This document shows positions 1 to 10,051 of a stretch of DNA of 64,000 nucleotides, piece by piece. Source of the DNA: Escherichia phage vb_EcoM_bov9_1; the sequence record MT884006.2; one strand, written 5' to 3'. Position numbers and translations under genes: made by a program. The notes beneath the pieces are model-generated. The model saw only the letters and a program-made list of their open reading frames with translations. It did no database searches and was not told where the DNA came from. Every line of letters starts with the position of its first letter. The first letter of the stretch is position 1.

Positions 1-1398
1 CAGGCATTCGGTTCTTTCTTAACAGAAGCTGAAATCGGTGGTGACCACGGTTACAATGCTACCAACATCGCCGCAGGTCAGACTTCTGGCGCAGTAACTC
101 AGATTGGCCCAGCTGTTATGGGTATGGTACGTCGTGCTATTCCTAACCTGATTGCTTTCGATATTTGCGGTGTTCAGCCGATGAACAGCCCGACTGGTCA
201 GGTATTCGCACTGCGCGCAGTATATGGTAAAGACCCAATCGCTTCCGGCGCTAAAGAAGCATTCCACCCAATGTATGGTCCAGATGCAATGTTCTCTGGT
301 CAGGGTGCTGCTAAGAAATTCGCTGCTTTGAAAGCAAGTGATACTCTTGAAGTCGGAACTATTTACACCCACTTCTTCCAGGACACTGGTACTGTGTATC
401 TGCAAGCTACAGCAGCTAAACAAATTGATTCAGGTGCATCTGACGCAGACAAATTAGATGCTGAAATTAAGAAACAAATGGAAGCTGGTGTACTGGTAGA
501 AATCGCTGAAGGTATGGCTACTTCTATCGCTGAACTTCAAGAAGGTTTTAACGGTTCTACCGATAACCCGTGGAATGAAATGGGCTTCCGTATCGATAAA
601 CAAGTTATCGAAGCTAAATCTCGTCAGCTGAAAGCTGCTTACTCTATTGAATTAGCACAAGACCTCCGCGCTGTTCACGGTATGGATGCTGATGCTGAAC
701 TGTCTGGTATTCTGGCTACAGAAATTATGCTGGAAATTAACCGTGAAGTTGTTGATTGGATTAACTACTCAGCTCAGGTTGGTAAATCTGGTATGACCCT
801 GACTCCGGGTTCTAAAGCTGGTGTATTTGACTTCCAGGACCCAATCGATATTCGTGGTGCTCGCTGGGCAGGTGAATCCTTTAAAGCTCTGTTGTTCCAG
901 ATTGACAAAGAAGCAGTTGAAATTGCTCGTCAGACCGGTCGTGGTGAAGGTAACTTCATTATCGCTTCCCGTAACGTAGTTAACGTTCTGGCTTCAGTTG
1001 ATACCGGCATTTCTTATGCTGCACAGGGTCTGGCTACCGGCTTTAACACTGATACTACCAAGTCAGTATTTGCTGGTGTTCTGGGTGGTAAATACCGCGT
1101 ATATATCGACCAGTATGCTAAACAGGATTATTTCACTGTAGGTTATAAAGGTCCGAACGAAATGGATGCTGGTATTTACTATGCTCCATATGTAGCTCTG
1201 ACTCCGCTGCGTGGTTCCGATCCGAAGAACTTCCAACCTGTAATGGGATTCAAAACTCGTTACGGTATCGGTATCAACCCATTTGCAGAATCCGCTGCTC
1301 AGGCTCCGGCTTCTCGCATCCAGAGCGGTATGCCTTCTATTCTGAATAGCCTTGGTAAAAACGCTTACTTCCGCCGTGTATATGTTAAAGGTATCTAA
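1..1398 (+). CDS. 23: Major capsid protein gp23, 5'-truncated by window edge
   Basis: Frame 1 open from base 1; translation matches T4 gp23 (AIPNLIAFDICGVQPMNSPTGQVFALRAVYGKDP...RRVYVKGI); stop TAA 1396-1398. Confidence 0.95.
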   Translation, partial: QAFGSFLTEAEIGGDHGYNATNIAAGQTSGAVTQIGPAVMGMVRRAIPNLIAFDICGVQPMNSPTGQVFALRAVYGKDPIASGAKEAFHPMYGPDAMFSGQGAAKKFAALKASDTLEVGTIYTHFFQDTGTVYLQATAAKQIDSGASDADKLDAEIKKQMEAGVLVEIAEGMATSIAELQEGFNGSTDNPWNEMGFRIDKQVIEAKSRQLKAAYSIELAQDLRAVHGMDADAELSGILATEIMLEINREVVDWINYSAQVGKSGMTLTPGSKAGVFDFQDPIDIRGARWAGESFKALLFQIDKEAVEIARQTGRGEGNFIIASRNVVNVLASVDTGISYAAQGLATGFNTDTTKSVFAGVLGGKYRVYIDQYAKQDYFTVGYKGPNEMDAGIYYAPYVALTPLRGSDPKNFQPVMGFKTRYGIGINPFAESAAQAPASRIQSGMPSILNSLGKNAYFRRVYVKGI

Positions 1399-1412
1399 TC
1401 TTTGACGATTTA

Positions 1413-1442
1413 AGGGACCTTCGGGTCCCTTTAGTTGTTTTT
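1413..1442 (+). terminator. Rho-independent terminator after gene 23
   Basis: Hairpin agggaccTTCGggtccct (1413-1430) followed by T-rich tract. Confidence 0.6.
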
Positions 1443-1446
1443 ATGG

Positions 1447-1454
1447 TATAAATA
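1447..1454 (+). promoter_or_regulatory. Late promoter (TATAAATA) for gene 24
   Basis: Exact TATAAATA 28 nt upstream of gene 24 ATG; AGGAAA ribosome-binding site between. Confidence 0.6.
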
Positions 1455-1481
1455 AATCATATAAACCAAAAGGAAAGCGCA

Positions 1482-2765
1482 ATGGCTAAAATCAACGAAC
1501 TTCTGCGCGAATCAACCACAACGAATAGCAACTCAATCGGTCGCCCAAATCTCGTTGCTTTGACTCGCGCTACCACTAAATTAATATATTCTGACATTGT
1601 AGCAACGCAAAGAACTAATCAACCTGTTGCTGCTTTTTATGGTATCAAATACCTTAACCCAGACAATGAATTTACATTTAAAACTGGTGCTACTTACGCT
1701 GGCGAAGCTGGATATGTAGACCGAGAACAAATCACAGAATTAACAGAAGAGTCTAAATTAACTCTCAATAAAGGCGATTTATTCAAATATAATAACATCG
1801 TTTATAAAGTATTAGAAGATACTCCATTCGCTGATATTGAAGAAAGCGACTTAGAGTTAGCTCTTCAGATTGCAATTGTTCTTTTAAAGGTTCGTCTATT
1901 TTCTGACGCAGCGTCAACAAGCAAATTTGAAAGCTCTGATAGTGAAATTGCGGATGCTAGATTTCAGATTAATAAATGGCAAACCGCGGTTAAATCTCGT
2001 AAACTTAAAACTGGTATCACAGTTGAATTAGCGCAAGATTTAGAAGCAAATGGATTCGATGCTCCTAATTTCTTGGAAGATTTGCTTGCAACTGAAATGG
2101 CAGATGAAATCAATAAAGATATTCTGCAGTCTTTGATTACAGTGTCAAAACGCTATAAAGTTACAGGAATTACTGATAGTGGATTCATCGATTTGAGTTA
2201 TGCATCTGCACCTGAAGCGGGTCGTTCATTATATCGAATGGTATGTGAAATGGTTTCGCATATCCAAAAAGAATCAACTTATACAGCAACGTTCTGTGTT
2301 GCTTCAGCTCGTGCCGCTGCGATTCTTGCTGCATCAGGTTGGTTAAAACATAAACCAGAAGATGATAAATATCTTTCACAAAATGCCTACGGGTTCTTAG
2401 CTAATGGTTTACCGCTTTATTGCGATACTAACAGCCCATTAGATTATGTAATCGTTGGTGTAGTAGAAAATATCGGTGAAAAAGAAATTGTTGGATCAAT
2501 TTTCTATGCTCCGTATACAGAAGGTCTTGACTTAGATGACCCTGAACATGTAGGTGCATTTAAAGTTGTTGTTGATCCAGAAAGCTTACAACCGTCTATC
2601 GGTTTATTAGTTAGATATGCTTTATCAGCAAATCCTTATACCGTAGCAAAAGATGAAAAAGAAGCAAGAATAATTGATGGTGGAGACATGGATAAAATGG
2701 CGGGTCGTTCAGATTTGTCTGTTTTATTAGGTGTTAAATTACCAAAAATTATTATTGATGAATAA
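1482..2765 (+). CDS. 24: Head vertex protein gp24
   Basis: 427 aa; N-terminus MAKINELLRESTT; capsid-fold paralogue of gp23 at T4 position. Confidence 0.93.
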   Translation: MAKINELLRESTTTNSNSIGRPNLVALTRATTKLIYSDIVATQRTNQPVAAFYGIKYLNPDNEFTFKTGATYAGEAGYVDREQITELTEESKLTLNKGDLFKYNNIVYKVLEDTPFADIEESDLELALQIAIVLLKVRLFSDAASTSKFESSDSEIADARFQINKWQTAVKSRKLKTGITVELAQDLEANGFDAPNFLEDLLATEMADEINKDILQSLITVSKRYKVTGITDSGFIDLSYASAPEAGRSLYRMVCEMVSHIQKESTYTATFCVASARAAAILAASGWLKHKPEDDKYLSQNAYGFLANGLPLYCDTNSPLDYVIVGVVENIGEKEIVGSIFYAPYTEGLDLDDPEHVGAFKVVVDPESLQPSIGLLVRYALSANPYTVAKDEKEARIIDGGDMDKMAGRSDLSVLLGVKLPKIIIDE

Positions 2766-2770
2766 AACAA

Positions 2771-2794
2771 AGGGACCGAAAGGTCCCTTTTTAT
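2771..2794. terminator. Bidirectional hairpin terminator between gene 24 and rnlB
   Basis: agggaccGAAAggtccct followed by ttttattt; lies between convergent genes. Confidence 0.55.
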
Positions 2795-3802
2795 TTAGCT
2801 CACCAACTCAATCCAAGCTGGACGAAGTACATCTTGTACCATTTTAACTAATTCCTTTTTAATCAAAGAAGGATTATCTGCTTGAGTTAGAGTAATACCT
2901 TCACGAGAAGTTTCTTCCAAAATATCTTGAACAGTTAGCCCCATCACCTTTCCAAAATCCTTTGGACCAATTTCGCCAATTTTAGAAATAACGTTATTTA
3001 CGCGGTTTAGTGTAACGTAACAAGCTAAAATTCCAACCAATTTGTTATCAGCTTCTGATAGTTCAACTTTAGCTTTAATAGGCTTATCAGACTTTTTCTT
3101 TTCACTAAATTTAGAGTTCTTGCATTTAATCGCTACACGAGCACCGTTTGGCAGCCATTTAGGGAAACAAGGCTTCAGAACATAACCTTCTGCAGTATTA
3201 TCACCAATAACATTAGCATCAAATACACAATTATTTGCTTCGACAAGGTCTTCCGATGCCGTAACGTTATAAGCGGCTAAGACGGAATCAAGGTCGTTTG
3301 GAATCATGATAAGAGCATCAAATGTTCCACGTCCAAGCATTGGTGCCATTTTAAAACCAAACGTATTACAGAAATCTTGCATTTCGTAATCACTCATGTA
3401 ATAAGTATCACCGCTTTCCGTGTTTATGATGATATCGAATACATAGAAATCTTTTTCACCGTAGTCAACACCTTTCTGAATTCCACCACCAGCGAATTCA
3501 CCAAAGACTTGATATGTCACCGGCACTGAAGTTGAAATACTGTCCATGACTTCTTGAACGCCTTTAATAGCTTTATCATACTTTTTGAGTACTATTTCAT
3601 AGCCATAAAAATCTTCAGCAGGAAGAATAGGACCAGTACGTTTAGCGCAAGTCACTTTATCACGCTCAATAATCAACGAGAAATTTGTGCCGTGAATCTT
3701 TTCACGAGCTACCCATTCGCCGCCAGTCAATCCCAAGCTGTAAAGTTTTTCAATAAATTTAGAGTTGTAATGATTTTCAAGACTGCTATACTTTTTAAAC
3801 AT
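2795..3802 (-). CDS. rnlB: RNA ligase 2 (Rnl2)
   Basis: 335 aa; [42 protein letters not shown] with lysine nucleotidyltransferase motif KIHGTN. Confidence 0.9.
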   Translation of the reverse strand: MFKKYSSLENHYNSKFIEKLYSLGLTGGEWVAREKIHGTNFSLIIERDKVTCAKRTGPILPAEDFYGYEIVLKKYDKAIKGVQEVMDSISTSVPVTYQVFGEFAGGGIQKGVDYGEKDFYVFDIIINTESGDTYYMSDYEMQDFCNTFGFKMAPMLGRGTFDALIMIPNDLDSVLAAYNVTASEDLVEANNCVFDANVIGDNTAEGYVLKPCFPKWLPNGARVAIKCKNSKFSEKKKSDKPIKAKVELSEADNKLVGILACYVTLNRVNNVISKIGEIGPKDFGKVMGLTVQDILEETSREGITLTQADNPSLIKKELVKMVQDVLRPAWIELVS

Positions 3803-3811
3803 AATTAATCC

Positions 3812-4090
3812 TCAAAATGTAATTTCTAACCAATCACCATCACGCTGATCACTATTGACTTTAAAGCTAAATCCTTCTTTTCTAAGCCAATCACCAATTT
3901 CTTCAGTAATCAATTTATCGCGAGCAGTACAATAATAACTAAAATGTGTTTTACCTTGTTCAGCTGCTTTATTAGCAAGTTCCGAAAAATCTTTAATAAA
4001 ACACTCTAGCTTAAACTGTTTACTTTTAAGTGCTTTTTCGCGTAATTGATTAGCAAAAGATTCATTTTCATAAAGATCATACTGTTCCAT
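3812..4090 (-). CDS. Hypothetical protein (24.2-like position)
   Basis: 92 aa track ORF, ATG verified, packed in minus-strand operon. Confidence 0.6.
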   Translation of the reverse strand: MEQYDLYENESFANQLREKALKSKQFKLECFIKDFSELANKAAEQGKTHFSYYCTARDKLITEEIGDWLRKEGFSFKVNSDQRDGDWLEITF

Positions 4091-4292
4091 TTTTCACCTT
4101 TTTATTGATATGTCTTTTTCTATAGACAACTTTTTCTCGAGTTTCAAATTTATTCTTAGCAGTCATAGCTCGAGCCCATAATACAGCCACTTCTTTTGCC
4201 TGTAAGTTTAATTCACGAGCAATTTCAATGAATGACTTTCCAGACTCATGAAGAGTAAACACCACAACCTCAGTTCTCATAATCAATCTCAT
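4077..4292 (-). CDS. Hypothetical small protein, possible helix-turn-helix (24.3-like position)
   Basis: 71 aa; SFIEIARELNLQAKEVA resembles HTH; start may be internal ATG at 4280. Confidence 0.5.
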   Translation of the reverse strand: MRLIMRTEVVVFTLHESGKSFIEIARELNLQAKEVAVLWARAMTAKNKFETREKVVYRKRHINKKVKNGTV

Positions 4293-4346
4293 GTTATCGA
4301 GTTGGTGCCATTATATACATCATTTTCTGATTGTGTTTTGTGTGCT

Positions 4347-4376
4347 TTCAAAATGAAGAAAGGGGCCGAAGCCCCT
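4347..4376 (-). terminator. Terminator hairpin after hoc
   Basis: Minus-strand reading gives aggggcUUCGgcccct then U-rich tract. Confidence 0.5.
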
Positions 4377-4381
4377 TATGA

Positions 4382-5512
4382 TTATGGATAGGTATAGATG
4401 ATACCAGTTTCTAAAGCAGTTTTATGAATGATATATCCATTACGCGATTCTTGGACATCAACTTCTGGATAGTCTTTCATCATCTTCTGAAGAGTGTAAC
4501 GATGCAGGTAGTATTTACTATCTGGATCTTCAGTTTTCCAATCTTTACCTTCTTCAGTCATTTTTTGAATTTCATCCATAACCCACCAACCGCACCAGAT
4601 GTAAGCTGAGCTACGGTGTGGAAGAGGATGAACATAAGGTAATTCACCTTCTGGTTCTGGAGCAACTTTATCAGTTACCTGAACTTGACCTTCTGCCGTA
4701 ATAGTTTTGCTATCATAATCAGCAGCAGTAACAGTTGCAGTAACTTCAATAGTTTGACTTCCAATAGATGAGGTATCAACGGTATATACATTAGTTGACC
4801 CTTCTACAGGAGAAGAATCTTTCTTCCATGAATACTCAATTTGCGCTTCTTCTGGAGCATCAGTGACATTAGCAGTAAATGTAGCCGAAGCATCTTGTTG
4901 AACGTTAATAGAAGGAGGAGTCAATGTAACCTGTGGATTCATTGTTTTCTTATTAACCGTTAATGATACTTCATTGGAAGTAACTTCCTTTTCATTGTAA
5001 TTTTCAGCAGTTACTTGGGCTACGCATTTAATTCTTTTTACTCCACTTGTAGTTGGAGTATAGCTAAATGTAGAGTTAGTTTCTCCACCAACTTGTGAAT
5101 CATCTACATACCACTGATACGTAGCAGATGCTCCATCAGGTTGAGAAACTAAGGCAGCGGTAAATTCAACAGCTGTTCCGATTACTCCAGCGTCAGGGCT
5201 ATTAGGAGTTACAGCTAAGGTAGTCGTTTGTGTCTTATTTTGAACTGTGATAGTTGTAGTAGCTTCTGCTGTTTCAGCATCAGTATCTGGAACTGTATTT
5301 GTTGCAACTACTTTAATAGTCTTTTGCCCAGCAGGTCCTTTTAATACATAATCAAAAGTTGCTTCAGCTCCATCTTGTGGAGCATCATCTACAGTCCAAG
5401 CATATGTAATAGTTCCGCCTCCAGTTTCACCACTGGGTGTAGCAGTAAACTGCTGAGTCTGATCTATAACTCCAGTAGGTGTTTTAGGAGTTATATCAAC
5501 TGTAAAAGCCAT
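4382..5512 (-). CDS. hoc: Hoc, highly immunogenic outer capsid protein (Ig-like domains)
   Basis: 376 aa; MAFTVDITPKTPTGVIDQTQQFTATPSG...IIYTYP near-identical to T4 Hoc. Confidence 0.92.
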   Translation of the reverse strand: MAFTVDITPKTPTGVIDQTQQFTATPSGETGGGTITYAWTVDDAPQDGAEATFDYVLKGPAGQKTIKVVATNTVPDTDAETAEATTTITVQNKTQTTTLAVTPNSPDAGVIGTAVEFTAALVSQPDGASATYQWYVDDSQVGGETNSTFSYTPTTSGVKRIKCVAQVTAENYNEKEVTSNEVSLTVNKKTMNPQVTLTPPSINVQQDASATFTANVTDAPEEAQIEYSWKKDSSPVEGSTNVYTVDTSSIGSQTIEVTATVTAADYDSKTITAEGQVQVTDKVAPEPEGELPYVHPLPHRSSAYIWCGWWVMDEIQKMTEEGKDWKTEDPDSKYYLHRYTLQKMMKDYPEVDVQESRNGYIIHKTALETGIIYTYP

Positions 5513-5521
5513 AAGTTATCC

Positions 5522-6202
5522 TTATTTTAATGTTACGAAAGAAGAATTGCGTGTTTCACGAATTAAAACTGATCCATCACGATTAATGTAATAAATTAAG
5601 CTAAATAAAGTTTGGTGTGCTGACGCGTGCTCAAAACTTGTTGGGTGAGATTTCCAATCCGGAGTTTCAGCAATCCATTGATAAATCCACCAAGGAACAG
5701 TGCAGAATCCTGGATTTTTTCCAATCAACTGAAGATTCGGACTAAAGTTTTCCGGAAGAGTAAATACAGACGGCCTTTCAGATTCAATAATCTCAGCTAC
5801 AGCCTGTTCGAATTTTTCTTCAACAAAAGGAGTATCTTCAATCAAAACATCGGTATTTTCAGGAATTTTATCCGTTTCTACTACTTCAATTTTAATGTCA
5901 GATTTAACCGGAGAATCAATCAGAAGTGCTGCTTCTGGATTGACTTCTTCATCGTCATATTTTAACCCCTCTGCAGCATCAGCAGCATCAATTAAGTCTT
6001 TAATAGATAACCCATCAGTCTCCGGCATAGGTTCACTAGCGAGCTTCTGGAGGGCTTCTTCAATATCAACAACGATATTATCAAAAGATTTATTCTTTTT
6101 GACCTTTATACCAAACTGTTCAGCATATTCAGCTAATTTAGCTTTAGCTTCTTTATTATCATCAAGAGCCTTCAGCTCTGCAATATAATCTTTATCTATC
6201 AT
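5522..6202 (-). CDS. inh: Inh, inhibitor of prohead protease gp21
   Basis: 226 aa acidic protein at T4 inh position between hoc and uvsW; ATG verified. Confidence 0.8.
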   Translation of the reverse strand: MIDKDYIAELKALDDNKEAKAKLAEYAEQFGIKVKKNKSFDNIVVDIEEALQKLASEPMPETDGLSIKDLIDAADAAEGLKYDDEEVNPEAALLIDSPVKSDIKIEVVETDKIPENTDVLIEDTPFVEEKFEQAVAEIIESERPSVFTLPENFSPNLQLIGKNPGFCTVPWWIYQWIAETPDWKSHPTSFEHASAHQTLFSLIYYINRDGSVLIRETRNSSFVTLK

Positions 6203-6215
6203 AATATTTCCTCAG

Positions 6216-6223
6216 TATAAATA
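6216..6223 (+). promoter_or_regulatory. Late promoter (TATAAATA) for uvsW
   Basis: Exact TATAAATA 30 nt upstream of uvsW ATG. Confidence 0.55.
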
Positions 6224-6252
6224 TAGATATATTTATTACATGGTATTTAGAC

Positions 6253-7764
6253 ATGACTGACATTAAAGTACATTTTTATGATTTTAGTCACGTGAGAATT
6301 GATTGTGAAGAAAGTACATTTCATGAACTCCGTGATTTCTTTAGCTTTGAAGCTGATGGGTATCGTTTTAATCCGAAATACAAATATGGCCACTGGGATG
6401 GACGAATCCGTCTTTTAGATTATAATCGTCTTCTTCCATTCGGCTTAGTCGGGCAAATTAAAAAGTTCTGTGATAATTTTGGCTATAAAGCCTGGATTGA
6501 CCCGCAAATTAACGAAAAAGAAGAATTATCAAGAAAAGATTTTGATGAATGGCTTTCTAAATTAGAAATCTATTCAGGAAATAAAAGAATTGAACCGCAC
6601 TGGTATCAAAAAGATGCAGTGTTCGAAGGATTAGTTAATCGTCGTAGAATTCTTAATCTTCCAACATCTGCAGGTAAATCTTTAATTCAAGCTTTGCTTG
6701 CGCGATATTATTTGGAAAATTATGAAGGTAAAATTCTTATCATTGTTCCAACAACTGCTCTGACAACTCAGATGGCTGATGACTTTGTTGATTATCGTTT
6801 ATTCAGTCATGCAATGATAAAGAAAATCGGTGGCGGAGCATCAAAAGATGATAAATATAAAAATGATGCACCAGTCGTCGTTGGTACATGGCAAACTGTA
6901 GTTAAACAACCAAAAGAATGGTTCTCACAGTTTGGAATGATGATGAATGATGAATGCCATCTTGCTACAGGAAAAAGTATTTCATCTATCATATCAGGTT
7001 TAAATAACTGTATGTTTAAATTTGGTCTATCTGGTTCATTACGTGATGGCAAAGCCAATATCATGCAGTATGTTGGAATGTTTGGTGAAATATTTAAGCC
7101 AGTAACGACTTCTAAGTTAATGGAAGATGGACAAGTAACTGAGCTAAAAATTAATAGTATTTTTCTTCGCTATCCCGATGAGTTCACTACTAAATTAAAG
7201 GGAAAAACTTATCAAGAAGAAATAAAAATTATTACTGGGCTTAGTAAAAGAAATAAATGGATCGCTAAATTAGCTATTAAGCTTGCGCAAAAAGATGAAA
7301 ACGCTTTTGTCATGTTTAAACATGTATCACATGGTAAAGCTATTTTCGATTTAATTAAAAATGAATACGATAAAGTTTATTACGTATCAGGGGAAGTTGA
7401 TACCGAAACCCGCAATATAATGAAAACCTTAGCTGAAAATGGTAAAGGAATAATTATAGTAGCTAGTTATGGTGTATTTTCTACTGGTATTTCAGTTAAA
7501 AATCTGCATCACGTTGTTTTAGCGCACGGTGTTAAATCAAAAATCATTGTATTACAAACAATCGGTCGTGTATTACGTAAGCATGGTTCTAAGACAATAG
7601 CAACCGTCTGGGACCTCATAGATGATTGTGGCGTTAAGCCAAAATCTGCTAATACGAAAAAGAAATATGTTCATTTGAACTATCTTTTAAAACACGGCAT
7701 TGATCGTATTCAGCGCTACGCAGATGAAAAATTTAATTACGTAATGAAAACAGTTAATTTATAA
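6253..7764 (+). CDS. uvsW: UvsW DNA/RNA helicase (SF2)
   Basis: 503 aa; MTDIKVHFYDFSHVRIDCEE; Walker A NLPTSAGKS; DExH-like MMNDECH. Confidence 0.93.
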   Translation: MTDIKVHFYDFSHVRIDCEESTFHELRDFFSFEADGYRFNPKYKYGHWDGRIRLLDYNRLLPFGLVGQIKKFCDNFGYKAWIDPQINEKEELSRKDFDEWLSKLEIYSGNKRIEPHWYQKDAVFEGLVNRRRILNLPTSAGKSLIQALLARYYLENYEGKILIIVPTTALTTQMADDFVDYRLFSHAMIKKIGGGASKDDKYKNDAPVVVGTWQTVVKQPKEWFSQFGMMMNDECHLATGKSISSIISGLNNCMFKFGLSGSLRDGKANIMQYVGMFGEIFKPVTTSKLMEDGQVTELKINSIFLRYPDEFTTKLKGKTYQEEIKIITGLSKRNKWIAKLAIKLAQKDENAFVMFKHVSHGKAIFDLIKNEYDKVYYVSGEVDTETRNIMKTLAENGKGIIIVASYGVFSTGISVKNLHHVVLAHGVKSKIIVLQTIGRVLRKHGSKTIATVWDLIDDCGVKPKSANTKKKYVHLNYLLKHGIDRIQRYADEKFNYVMKTVNL

Positions 7765-7789
7765 GGGCTTCGGCCCTTTGGAGAAAAAG

Positions 7790-8020
7790 ATGTTACTAGA
7801 ATTTAAACAATTTCTTTATGAAGCTTCTATTGATGAATTTATGGGTAAAATTGCCTCTTGTCAAACATTAGAAGGTTTAGAAGAACTTGAAGCTTATTAT
7901 AAGAAAAGAGTTAAAGAAACTGAATTAAAAGATACTGATGACATCTCTGTGAGAGATGCTTTGGCAGGAAAAAGAGCTGAATTAGAAGATTCAGATGATG
8001 AAGTAGAAGAAAGCTTTTAA
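7790..8020 (+). CDS. uvsW.1: UvsW.1 small acidic protein
   Basis: 76 aa from ATG 7790 (track used TTG 7778); MLLEFKQFLYEASIDEF; GGAGAAAAAG site. Confidence 0.8.
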   Translation: MLLEFKQFLYEASIDEFMGKIASCQTLEGLEELEAYYKKRVKETELKDTDDISVRDALAGKRAELEDSDDEVEESF

Positions 8021-8075
8021 ATTAAAAAAGGCCCAACCAAAAAGGAAGGGCCAAAACTATAGACTAAAGGTCACA

Positions 8076-8243
8076 CTATAGCAAAAGTTGTGTTTCATTT
8101 AATTGTTCTTCCGAACTTTCTGAAACTGGTAGTTCTTTAATGTAATTATAGCAAGGCCCAGGATGTACAGGACCTTTGTCTGTTTCAACAACCAATGCAG
8201 AATCGATTGGAGTTTTACAGACAACACAAATCTTATCTGACAT
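8076..8243 (-). CDS. Small Cys-containing protein, 55 aa, below track cutoff
   Basis: ATG 8243 with GGAGACAATC site; MSDKICVVCKTPIDSALVVETDKGPVHPGPCYNY; late promoter upstream. Confidence 0.45.
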   Translation of the reverse strand: MSDKICVVCKTPIDSALVVETDKGPVHPGPCYNYIKELPVSESSEEQLNETQLLL

Positions 8244-8268
8244 GATTGTCTCCTCTGAATTATATATC

Positions 8269-8276
8269 TATTTATA
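8269..8276 (-). promoter_or_regulatory. Late promoter (TATAAATA on minus strand) upstream of the 55-aa ORF
   Basis: Forward tatttata = TATAAATA on minus strand, 25 nt upstream of ATG 8243. Confidence 0.4.
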
Positions 8277-8496
8277 CAACTCTCATATGCATATCAATGC
8301 CCATATCTTTAGAATAAAAATATTCATCAAGATATCCAGCAAATTTTCCTTTAATATAAAGGACATCTTCACCACACGGGTGGTCGGCCAGGATACGAAT
8401 ATCCTGACGCTTAAGATTATACTTTTTCATTAAGAATTGAATCTCAGTTTCAAATTCTTCTTCATAATTAAAAGCATCATCAATGCTATATCTCAT
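8272..8496 (-). CDS. Hypothetical protein (uvsY.-1/-2-like position)
   Basis: 74 aa; start overlaps uvsY stop (coupling). Confidence 0.6.
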   Translation of the reverse strand: MRYSIDDAFNYEEEFETEIQFLMKKYNLKRQDIRILADHPCGEDVLYIKGKFAGYLDEYFYSKDMGIDMHMRVV

Positions 8497-8909
8497 TATT
8501 TTCCAGCCTCAAATGCTCGCATGTCTTGAATGTGCTTAATAGCAAATCCACGTGATTTAATAGCATCAAGAGCTCCGCTACAGAAATCTAATAAAATCCC
8601 CCAATACTGTAACGAGGTATCAACCTTTAAAACATCCTTATCAGCTGATAGAACTGTCTTCATTTCTGATTTCTCGTAACGATCCATACTAAATTCATCA
8701 CCATCTCCTCGTCCCGAGTAGTAGTCTAATTTAGCTTTAAGAGCAACTTTCTTTTGCGCGTCAATTCTAAGCATTTCCTTTTTAATACTTGAATGCTTAT
8801 TAAGCCATTTACTATATAACATCACATTATTAGCTGCTTCATACTGTAATTTAGTCGAATCTATAAACACATCTTTCTTCAATTCTTCTTGAAGATCTTC
8901 TAATCTCAT
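8496..8909 (-). CDS. uvsY: UvsY recombination mediator
   Basis: 137 aa; MRLEDLQEELKKDVFIDSTKLQYEAANNVMLYSKWLNKH matches T4 UvsY. Confidence 0.92.
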   Translation of the reverse strand: MRLEDLQEELKKDVFIDSTKLQYEAANNVMLYSKWLNKHSSIKKEMLRIDAQKKVALKAKLDYYSGRGDGDEFSMDRYEKSEMKTVLSADKDVLKVDTSLQYWGILLDFCSGALDAIKSRGFAIKHIQDMRAFEAGK

Positions 8910-8949
8910 ATTGTTCTCTATTCAATTGTTATTGGATGGACTTAGATTC

Positions 8950-8975
8950 ATTATACCACGTTTTAACGTGAAGCA
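8950..8975 (-). promoter_or_regulatory. Middle (MotA-dependent) promoter for uvsY
   Basis: Minus strand: AATGCTTCA MotA box, 13 nt, TATAAT -10, in the 25/uvsY intergenic region. Confidence 0.55.
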
Positions 8976-9374
8976 TTATACTCTATTACTAGAAGCCAGT
9001 TGCAGTTTTATCTGCTCAATATCATCAGGGTTATCGATGACCGAAAAACGTATTTCTACTATCAGAGTATAATCATCATAAACGGGTATCACATTAACTG
9101 CTAATTTATCAATACGTGGCTCATAGTTTCTTACTGCGCTTTCGATATTACGCTCAACTGTGTCAGCAGTAAGAGGAGTCATATTTTCAAAAAGCTGGTC
9201 TGATAAATCACATCCAAATTCAGGGTCAAACGGTCTTGAACCTTTTCTTGTTGTAATAATTCCCAAAAGACTGTTTTTAATTGACCTTAATCCAAGTGAT
9301 CTGGAAACGTCTTTGTTCCAATCCATTTTCATTTCCGGGTCAATGTCAGAATAAAGCTTATTAATATTTGACAT
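8976..9374 (-). CDS. 25: Baseplate wedge protein gp25
   Basis: 132 aa; [40 protein letters not shown] matches T4 gp25. Confidence 0.92.
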   Translation of the reverse strand: MSNINKLYSDIDPEMKMDWNKDVSRSLGLRSIKNSLLGIITTRKGSRPFDPEFGCDLSDQLFENMTPLTADTVERNIESAVRNYEPRIDKLAVNVIPVYDDYTLIVEIRFSVIDNPDDIEQIKLQLASSNRV

Positions 9375-10000
9375 TATAGTAACTCAAAGAACTCTTTGAG
9401 GCCTCTTATTACGTGAGCATGGGTTTTTCCACACTCTGGACACTTAATTGGAACAGCCAAATAAACAGTAGGCTTTAAAAGCATATCTTTTATAGCTACA
9501 ATATCTGACTCTGTGATGATAGAATATAAATCTTCTAGTTCCTTTTCATTTAAGTCTTCAACTGGAATGCTTTCCCCGTTAGCATGAATCGTTTCTATGC
9601 ATGATACTATCATGTGGGCTATATTTTTATCATCAAAAATTTTAGGGTATCGGAATTTAATTTTAATGTCACCCAGTGTATACCAGAGGTCTTCTGGCGC
9701 ATCTATTTGTGTATGTAATAGATTTATATGGGTTGGTATTTCAGTTCCACAGGTGCACTTCCAGGAGTTTTCGTGATTAACTTCGCCGAGAGAATGTGCC
9801 CATAAATGAATCAACAATAGTTCTGATTCTTGGCGGTTTAAATCTTTTGCATTTGTGCAGTCTTTGATTAGCTTTTTAACAATTACTTCTACGGAACCAT
9901 TATTTTTGGCAGTAATAAGTTCTAGATATTCTTTAAGAGTAAATGCGCGACAATTGATTATTTTAGAACCAACTCTCACATCAAATTTGTATTCATACAT
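9374..10000 (-). CDS. 26: Baseplate hub subunit gp26
   Basis: 208 aa; position and size match T4 gene 26; start overlaps gene 25. Confidence 0.88.
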   Translation of the reverse strand: MYEYKFDVRVGSKIINCRAFTLKEYLELITAKNNGSVEVIVKKLIKDCTNAKDLNRQESELLLIHLWAHSLGEVNHENSWKCTCGTEIPTHINLLHTQIDAPEDLWYTLGDIKIKFRYPKIFDDKNIAHMIVSCIETIHANGESIPVEDLNEKELEDLYSIITESDIVAIKDMLLKPTVYLAVPIKCPECGKTHAHVIRGLKEFFELL

Positions 10001-10022
10001 ATTTTAGCTCCTTTATTTATCA

Positions 10023-10034
10023 TATTTATAAATA
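10023..10034. promoter_or_regulatory. Divergent late promoters for genes 26 and 51 sharing one palindrome
   Basis: tatttataaata is a perfect palindrome: TATAAATA on plus (10027-10034) and on minus (10030-10023). Confidence 0.6.
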
Positions 10035-10051
10035 GAATAAAAGGAGCATCT

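Noticed and set aside
19-423. Minus-strand 134-aa ORF antisense to gene 23, and similar antisense ORFs throughout (2185-2379, 3554-3808, 4424-4609, 5627-6188, 6807-7064, 19569-20536, 41742-42506, 46237-46479, 51406-53605, 63326-63943)
   Set aside because: Each lies wholly inside a confidently identified gene on the opposite strand, has no ribosome-binding site or promoter, and shows low-complexity antisense composition.
1399-1481. seg-type GIY-YIG homing endonuclease genes between genes 23 and 24 or between inh and uvsW
   Set aside because: These intergenic regions are only 83 bp and 50 bp; no ORF is present.
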